A stretch of DNA of 15,654 nt from NCBI GenBank assembly GCA_963833125.1, contig CAWHWX010000024.1:1-15654 (forward strand), in the 5' to 3' direction. Position 1 is the first letter of the stretch. Each line of letters opens with the position of its first letter. This DNA is from Candidatus Bathyarchaeota archaeon. Its GTDB lineage: Archaea; Thermoproteota; Bathyarchaeia; 40CM-2-53-6. Of the stretch, positions 8,658 through 15,654 are shown one piece after another. The translations under genes and the position numbers were made by a program. The notes under the pieces were generated by a model. The model saw only the letters and a program-made list of their open reading frames with translations. It was not told the origin of the DNA and did no database searches.

Positions 8658-8764
8658 CTGCAGGAATAACAGTAGAAGGTTACTCTCCATTCCAACTCCC
8701 CCTTCTTCCGCACCTGCTCGAAGCATTCGAACGCTGATCCGATCCCGCATGATGGACACTGCAT
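8624..8764 (-). CDS. CPxCG-type zinc-finger microprotein, 46 aa (CPSCG...CYSC)
   Basis: Manual translation (ATG start, TGA stop): MQCPSCGIGSAFECFEQVRKKGELEWRVTFYCYSCSNQPKPIPHPT. Ends 19 nt upstream of the next microprotein start on the same strand. Confidence 0.7.
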   Translation of the reverse strand: MQCPSCGIGSAFECFEQVRKKGELEWRVTFYCYSCSNQPKPIPHPT

Positions 8765-8774
8765 CCTAACTCAC

Positions 8775-8825
8775 GGTTGGTAATTGGGTTGGGTTTGGTT
8801 AATCAGGGGTGGATTGTGGGGTTGG
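8775..8825. repeat. G/T-rich low-complexity tract 2 (GGGTTTGG-like units)
   Basis: G runs at 8786, 8791, 8806 and 8818 within GGTTGGTAATTGGGTTGGGTTTGGTTAATCAGGGGTGGATTGTGGGGTTGG; shares GGGTTTGGT with tract 1. Confidence 0.55.
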
Positions 8826-8869
8826 AGTATGATCTCAGTTTCCTCGCATAGCTGGTCGGAGACTTCGGC

Positions 8870-9030
8870 ATGGCCGATTTGATTGACACTGATGTTTTGG
8901 TGGTAGGGGGTAGCGCCGCAGGCTGCACCCCAGCCATGGCGACATCGGATCGCGGTGTGCTAAGGTGACTATGCTCGTTAAGGGGTTAGATCGGGAGAGT
9001 GGTGCTTCCATATTCGCAGGTACTCTTGAT
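8870..9030 (+). pseudogene. 5' relic of an FAD-binding_2 (SdhA/FrdA/NadB-like) flavoprotein gene
   Basis: ATG 8870: MADLIDTDVLVVGGSAAGCTPAMATSDRG, then a 2-nt shift near 8955-8958, then AKVTMLVKGLDRESGASIFAG. This resembles DVLVVGGGxAGxxAAxxAxxxGAKVxLxxK...SGxSxxAxG. Recognisable similarity stops there, and fewer than 200 nt remain before the convergent ade gene. Confidence 0.65.
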
Positions 9031-9220
9031 GCTCCTCCCAAGACGATGCCTCTTCCGGTTCTTTCGGGTTTGGGGAAGGTTTGGTTCGGGCTTGCGCCTG
9101 TTTTGGGTCAGAATCCGCTGACCCGCACTTTCTATACGGAATATCGATATCCAAGAAAAGTCACATTTCGGACGGGGTGCTGTCTATTTTGCCGTGGATA
9201 ATTGCCCGTCACATTACGTT

Positions 9221-11023
9221 TCAATTTTCAGCTACTTTCCAGTCAATGAATGTCTGATGGTCGACGTCGAAGATTCCTTTGTCGGTTATCCGTGCGTGCG
9301 GGATTACTGAGAGAGTTAGGAGGCTTGGAATGGGCATGTAGGGATCCAGAACGCCCATCTCTTTGAAGGCTTCTCTTAAGCTTCAACATCTTTTTCCCGA
9401 ACAACTTCAACGCTTTCCTCAGACATCAGTCCCGCAATTGGTAGCTCGATTAAGGAGAGCAATCTCCCGTTCTTAACGGCCACGATGCCGCCGTCATGCG
9501 CGACAACCTGTTTGGCTGCTTCGTACATATCTTTACTATCTGTTCCGACAACGATGAGGTTATGCGCGTCATGTGCCACGGTGGAGGCGATTCGCCGCTT
9601 CGAATCAAGTTCTTGACGAAGCCGACTGCTCTTCGTGCTGTTCCATGGTGTCTCTCGAATATCGAGAACAAGGGCGACTTCCCCGAGAGTTAGCTGTCAT
9701 TCCTGATTTGAATCTCGACTTGGCTGAGGTTGATCAACACATTCAGAACGAATGTTGCCCCTAAGTTTTCGGTTTTCTTGTTTGAGGTCGGAATTCTATT
9801 GCGTTCACCTTGACCTTGCCCTCATTGAGGGAAGGTTTCAAGTCGAAATCTTCCAGTCTGAGTCTTGGAAGTTTCACTGTGCCTCGTGCGCCTACGTCAA
9901 ATGACCGGTTGGGTAGCTCGATTGCCAGCGTTCCGTTCTTTGCAACAAGGACTCCATCTGCGAAGGCACGGTGTCCACTTCGAACCTCTCTAGGCTTGAG
10001 ACAACACAATGTCAGGGATTTCCCCGGAGCGATAGCGCCGACATGAGGCATACGCATGTGTTGTGCGGGTCTCATCGTCGCACTTCGCACGACTTCCACT
10101 GGGTCCATCCCAGCCTGCATGAAACTTCGACAGACGTAGTCAAGGTGACCTAGTTGCATGAGGTTGTCTGGCATCACGTATCGGTTGTGAAGATGATGTT
10201 CCAAGGCTTCGGCAGACCCTTCAGAGCAGAAACGAACGACTCCGTCTGAAGAATATGAGGTCCTCGTAGTTTAACATACATACCGGCCCTCAATTTCTCG
10301 AGGGCTGACTCTACGGTGAAATTCTCGTGGTCAGCCTCGGGACCCGCAGTTATGTAAGCATTCAGCTTTGCTCCCGAGAGGAACACGCAATGTCCATCTA
10401 TGACCGCATCGTGTTTGTTCCCAACCTCCAAGATATCCATCATCTTTTCGCTTCTTGCGATTACTCCCTCGTAGTCCATGACCTCCCCTAACTCAACAAT
10501 GCCATCCCATCCCAGCATTTCATCAACGTCCTTGCCAGTTCATCTCTGCTCCAGCAGTAACCGCAGGAGACTCCGGTACGCATGTAGGTGCGAAGAAGTA
10601 GAGCTTCAAAGGTAAGCCGAGGCTGTTTTCCAGCATCATTCGCACGCCCTCCTTCCCTAGTACATCGTATTTCATGAGGGTCAGCGCAGCGGTGGTTGTT
10701 CCATGTGGCAGAACAGCTTCGGCAAACCTAACAGGGAGTAACCATGCTGCTCTCGACGTGCAGATGTGTATCGATCAGGCCGGGTATCGCGGTTTTCCAG
10801 TCGTCTAGAGAACTCGCTCCGCATTGAAGGTGTCCCGGTCGCCAACGTATACTATTCGATCTCGATAGATGCCGATTGCTGCCTGATAGATTTCGCCCGT
10901 GAAAACATTCAACAGCTTTGCGTTCTTAATGAGGTGGGTTAGAGGGCGTTCACCGAGTGCCGCTTCAACAAAGTTCTTGAGGCTTTCCGATGTTTGCGTT
11001 CGGTCATTCGGCACCAGTATCAT
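9221..11023 (-). CDS. ade: Adenine deaminase (AdeC/COG1001), canonical; full length but split by at least a dozen indels, probably sequencing errors
   Basis: Joined frames give LLNVFTGEI, PGLIDTHLHVESSM, HGTTT..ADPHEI, APTCVP, LGEVMDY, IDGHC, ADHE, FTTD(D), GAIAPGK, FERHH, IASTVAHDAHN, LPIAGLMS and LTLSVIPHARITDKGIFDV...KVAEN-stop (TGA 9223-9221). About 1.8 kb, the expected size. Confidence 0.88.
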
Positions 11024-11205
11024 CCTGCTCAGAAATTCCGTTCTTAGATTAGCTCTGCTATACAACAACACGCGACACACATAAGTGGAATGATTAGGGT
11101 GTGCTGCATGAGGAAAGAACGTGACATTCTGAAGCTGAAGATTTCGATGCGTACGAAGAACAAGTCATAAATACGCAGGTTTCGCGTAAGACCTTTAGAT
11201 AATTC

Positions 11206-12757
11206 TTGTCAAATCGCAAACCCACCGTCTTCCTCAGGGACGCGACGGGACTAGTAAAGTCCGTTTCATTTTTCGACGCCATCGCGCTGAACATAAGTAG
11301 TATGGCCACGGGTGTTGCGCTGGCGTCGATTGGTTTCACGATGGTCTTACTCCCGTCCATTTCTGGATTAAACCTGGTGTACGCATCCATCATTGGATTC
11401 GTTTTCTCAATCCCGCAGATCATTGTTTACACTATCATGACTCAGAGGATCCCAAGAACCGGAGGCGATTACGTGTGGATCTCTAGGAACCTTGGCGGAC
11501 CATTCGGAGCCGCGATATCACTCATGGGGTTCACCCTACAGACTCTGGCATTTCTTGCTTTGACGGTTCTCACAACAATTTTTGCCGTTGGGTCAGTTGG
11601 GGTTTCACTAGGGTACCAGAGCTTCTTAGGGCTAGCACTTCCGGGTAATCTACCTGGTGCGGATCCGATGTCCCAATTCATTCTTGGGATAGTGATATTC
11701 GGCGTGCTCATAGTAGTTAACATATTGAAACCGAAGGCAGGCTTCAAGATTGTATCTGTTTTCACCATAATTGGAATCGCGACAATGCTCCTAGCCATGG
11801 GTGTTTTGTTGGCCGCGGGCAATCAGGGCGTGCAGAACTATGTTGCATATCTTAATTCAATCGGTTCGAACGTGACTTACACTGGTTTAGTGAATTCCTA
11901 TTCCGGGCCGTCCTTTAGCTTAGGACCGAATCTGTTCATTCTACCATTTTTCGGCGATCTTCGTCTACCCATGGGTGGTCGCTGGTCCTGCTGTCGCCTC
12001 GGAAATCAAAGGGAAAAATGCACTCAGATGGAACGTCGTGCTAGGTGCCGTTATGAGTGTGGTCTTGCTTACTGCAGGGTTTGGCACAATGTACCTCGTC
12101 GGTGGTCTAGCCTTTACGAACGCAGCTCTGGCTAACTCTACGCTCGTTTATAGTTACTCGTTCAACTTTTGGACGCTAGCCATGGGAGTGACGAACGTGC
12201 CTGCGATCGCATGGGCGATTGGCATAGGATGGATCGTATGGAACATCGCGGTCTTGGCGTACGGCATCATAATATTCTCTCGCTATATGTTCGCCCAGGC
12301 GTTTGATAGATTTCTTCCAGCAAGGCTTGCGTATGTCAGCCCGAGGTACGGTTCTCCGCTTATTGCGCACGCAATTGATCTCGTATTGACGATTGCTTTC
12401 GTAGGTTTGGCGGCGTTCCTCTATGGACCGTTGTCTTCCCTTTTCGGCGTCGTCTTGTCGGCAGTGATCTACTTTGCGTTCGTTGGCTTAGCCGCTGTAG
12501 TCTACGCCTTGCGCCATGAGAAGGGTAATGGTAAGATGCTTTTGGGTATCTCCGGAATTTTGATGGCCGTTGTGTATGCTTTTCTCAGTTACGAATTCCT
12601 AGCCTCCCCGAATGTCTGGGGCGGTAATAGCCTCGCATACTTCTACATGGTAATCTCGTTCGTCGCTGGTCTGGTTATCTATGGCCTCTCGAAAATGTAC
12701 TATACTCGCCAAGGAATAGACATCGGCTTAGCCTTCAAGGAAATCCCGCCAGAGTAA
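11206..12757 (+). CDS. APC-family permease; single gene split by a +1 indel near 11953
   Basis: VFLRDATGLVK and IPRTGGDYVWISR in the first ORF. Removing one G after LPFF joins AIFVYPWVVAGPAVASEIK, SRYMFAQAFDRFLP and AFKEIPPE. Track ORFs 11206..12135 and 11975..12757 are the two halves. Confidence 0.9.
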
Positions 12758-12797
12758 GCAACAGCCTTTTCCTGCACGTTGCTCGTTCCAATGGGCA

Positions 12798-14593
12798 GTG
12801 GCAGATTTGAATCCGGATTTTGACCTTCTCGAAGCCGGCTTGGGCCTCAGGAAGTCGAGCACGGTGATCAAAGATGGTCAGTTAGTGAACGTTGTAACCG
12901 GTGAGATCTACCCGGCTGATGTTGCAATTTACGGGCCGAGAATCGTAGCCATAGGCGATGTCCAAGAATACGTGGGCCCGAAGACGAAAGTCGTCGACGC
13001 GCATGGCTTCAACCTTGTTCCCGGCTTGATCGATGGGCACATACACTTCGAGGTAACAAAACTATCTCCGACGATGTTCGCGAAACTTATGCTTCCAAGT
13101 GGAACGACATCGATCGTAACCTCTCTGGATCAGATCTACGGCGTCGGGGGCCTAAAATCGGTTAGAAGCTTTCTGGATGAATCAAAGAAAGCGCATCTTC
13201 GAATGTTCTTCGGTGCCCCCTGTAAGCTACCATACACTATACCGCCATCCACCCTTCACTATAGATTCGGAACCAAAGAGCAGGCCATAACAAACCGATG
13301 GGAGGAAAGCGTCGGGGTTTGGGAGACACTCGGACGATTTGTAATCGGCTCAGCCGATGGCACAGTCGGCCCAGACAGAGAGGTATGGCGAAACCTCGCG
13401 GCAGCGTACAAGCAAAGGCTACCGGCCTACGGTAGCGCCTCAATGCTTAGGGGAAAAAGTCTCTCAGGATATATCTGCTCAGGAATAAGGTCGGATCACG
13501 AAGCATACAGCCCAGAAGAATTCCTGGAGAAAATTCGCAACGGATTGTACTATATGATTAGAGAATCCTCCGTCGTCCATTTCCTCGAGGACTACGTGAG
13601 AACCATCGTAGAAAACAAGCTTGACACACGTAGGATAGCATTCTGCACGGACGACGTAACCGCCAGCGACGTATTGCAGCACGGACACTTAGACAACATG
13701 GTCCGCACGTCGATTAAATTGGGAATTGAACCCATTAAAGCGATTCAAATGGCCACCATGAATTGCGCCGAAATCTACCACATAGACAACTTGGTCGGAA
13801 GCATTTCACCGGGCCGATTTGCCGACATACTATTACTGGATGATTTGCAGAACTTTAGGATAAGAAAAGTCCTCGTTGGAGGGGAATCTTGTAGCCTCCG
13901 ATCGTCAAATGGTGGCCAAGCTCACACCTCCAAAACGGATAGGCAGCGTGATGAAGAGCATGAACCTGAGCCACGTTTTCCCGAAGGACCTGCGAGTCAG
14001 AACATCGCAAAAAACCCAACTGGTCAAGGCAATTTCAATGGAAGTTATGCCCGAGATACCTTCGTCAGGAAAAGAAAGGATGTTACCCTAGAGGTACGCA
14101 ACGGAGACGTGATCTCATCACCCGAGAACGATGTACTTTACGTGGCTGTAGTGGAACGGCACCGAAGAACTGGAAACAAGGCGATTGCCTTCATAAGCGG
14201 TTACGGATTGAAGCAGGGCGCAATCGCCTCGTCGGCTGCCCCAGACGACAACAACATAGTATGCATAGGAGTAAACCAGAACGAGATGGCTGCTGCGATC
14301 AACGAAGTCATAGACATGCGGGGCGGGCAGGTTGTCGTGCGTGACGCCAAGAGGATTGCCTCAATACCGCTTCCCATCGGCGGTGTAGTCGCAGATACCG
14401 AACCCGAAAAAATGGCGAAACTCGAAACAAAACTAGACAAAGCCGCAATAGACTCGGCTCTAAACTCAAATCTCCATTCATGTCGATGATTTTCTTGGAA
14501 ATCACGGGTATTCCCGATTACGCAATCATCGATAGGGGCTTAGTCGACTGTAACACCTACAAATTCATAAGTCCAATACTCGGACCAGCATAA
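12798..14593 (+). CDS. Adenine deaminase-family amidohydrolase, divergent active site; three apparent indels (about 13884, 14060, 14453)
   Basis: LVNVVTGEIY, PGLIDGHIHFE, SDHE, FCTDD, GSISPGRFAD, VVERH and LPIGG. The true frame uses the 13876..14091 ORF between two compensating indels. The C-terminus continues LGSKLKSPFMSMIFLEITGIPDYAIIDRGLVD...ILGPA-stop (TAA 14591-14593). Confidence 0.85.
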
Positions 14594-15015
14594 GTCGTCC
14601 CGGGAAAAACAGCGCAAATTCAAGGGGTTGTCTGGGCATTCGCGTGACTGCTAAAATGCGAAGCTGAGATCCATATTCATCTGGGCCAAATTTCGGGCTA
14701 TTTACTCGAACGAGGTGCAAGCACGAAGTTATTCTGGAGGAATTTCCCGGAATCCTAAGGTATGTCGACTCCTTGCTTCTTATGGTAAGCAAGAGAGATT
14801 AGATGGACTACTGCCCGATGAAGAATATTGATCATATTCGAATCGCAGCCGGAAGTTGGTAACCGCAGATTCTGCACACCCACGCCTCCAAACCAAGAAA
14901 ATTAGCGTCCGATCCTGAGCCATCGTGTTCCCCAGTCCCAAACCGATGAATGACACCACACCCCAGAAGGCGAAATCAGCACTCGTTAAATCGCAGGAAA
15001 TACCAAAGACTATGC

Positions 15016-15589
15016 ATGGTCTTAGACGTTAAGGTTGACAGCATTGCCAGACGAGACCTCATAACAATTGATGAAGCCGCGTCCGTTGCATCAGCAGCCA
15101 AACTAATGAGAGATCGAAATCTGGGAAGCCTTGTCGTGACAGGCAAAGGTCTGCCAGTAGGCATCGTCACGGAGAGGGAGAGATGTTGAAGAAGGTGCTG
15201 GCTGACGCCCGCGATCTAAAATCCACCAATGTCAGCGATATCATGTCTTCGCCGGGAGTTTCAATCGAGCATAATTCATCCTTGAATCAAGCCATCTCTA
15301 CTTACTTAACAGGCGAGGAGTAAGGAGAATGTTAGTGACAGAGAACGGGAAGATTGTGGGAATCTTCACTCAAAGAGATGTCTTAAGCCTAAACAGACTC
15401 TGCCTTTACTGTGGCAAGGAGATAGCATCGATATTCTAATGTGCAAGCGCAGAGCTGTACATTCAATGCGAATGCGCGGCCAGATATCATTCTAATTGCG
15501 CTAAGACTGTTGTACATTGCGCTGACTGCTCCAGGACGTTAGTAATGAATGTGATTTACCCGGAGCCCTCTGACACGATGGGTGGTTGA
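15016..15589 (+). CDS. CBS-pair protein with C-terminal C4HC3 (RING/PHD-like) zinc finger; interrupted as sequenced (2 indels, 1 in-frame TAA)
   Basis: MVLDVKVDSIARRDLITID...AAKLMRDRNLGSLVV...VGIVTERE / MLKKVLA...VSDIMSSP...LNQAI / LLNRRGVRRMLVTENGKIVGIFTQRDVL, then CLYC...CECAARYHSNCAKTVVHCADC...DTMGG-stop. Shifts near 15180 (GA repeat) and 15297 (TC repeat); TAA at 15437-15439. Could be a pseudogene. Confidence 0.75.
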
Positions 15590-15654
15590 ATGGCTGGTTC
15601 TAGGAAGGGATTTGTGTGGCAGATTCGTTGTAGATGTTTCACGTCTTCCCATCG

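Noticed and set aside
8578-9201. Track ORFs 8578..8769 (+), 8835..9041 (-) and 8965..9201 (+) as standalone genes
   Set aside because: The first is antisense to the zinc microproteins, the second is antisense to the flavoprotein relic, and the third is the relic's second frame plus read-through.
14594-15015. Approximately 420-nt gap possibly holding a gene or ncRNA (track ORF 14565..14792)
   Set aside because: The plus-strand frames I translated and the track ORF gave no recognisable protein, and I saw no convincing RNA structure. An Rfam/BLASTx search would be needed.
9221-15589. Programmed frameshifting or stop-codon recoding as the cause of the broken frames
   Set aside because: The shifts are too many, occur in both directions and lack consistent slippery sites. 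The one clear in-frame stop is TAA, which is not a Sec/Pyl codon.
1-15654. CRISPR array, IS/transposase, integrase, rRNA
   Set aside because: No regularly spaced repeats, terminal inverted repeats with a transposase, or rRNA-like sequence were seen. The G/T tracts are irregular and have no spacers.

Overview
Gene-dense, probably archaeal window. The archaeal call is an inference from many GTG/TTG starts, Thermoproteota-type APC permeases, TATA-like boxes and CxxC microproteins; the lineage cannot be fixed from sequence. Left half: a minus-strand run of APC permease, calcineurin-like metallophosphoesterase and aconitase X (5' end only). It is divergent from acetoin/pyruvate-type 2-oxoacid dehydrogenase E1alpha/E1beta, which converge on an inverted E2 gene (no E3 in the window). 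A carbon-nitrogen hydrolase and a D-2-hydroxyacid dehydrogenase with an altered substrate site follow. Middle (8.4-9.2 kb), missed by the ORF track: two tandem zinc-ribbon microprotein genes with G/T-rich tracts, and a 5' relic of an SdhA/FrdA-type flavoprotein. Right half: a canonical adenine deaminase divergent from a second APC permease plus a second adenine-deaminase-family protein with remodelled metal sites. It ends with a CBS-pair protein that carries a C4HC3 RING/PHD-like zinc finger. The right half has many 1-2 nt indels in short repeats, most likely long-read sequencing errors, so I reconstructed those genes across frames by hand.
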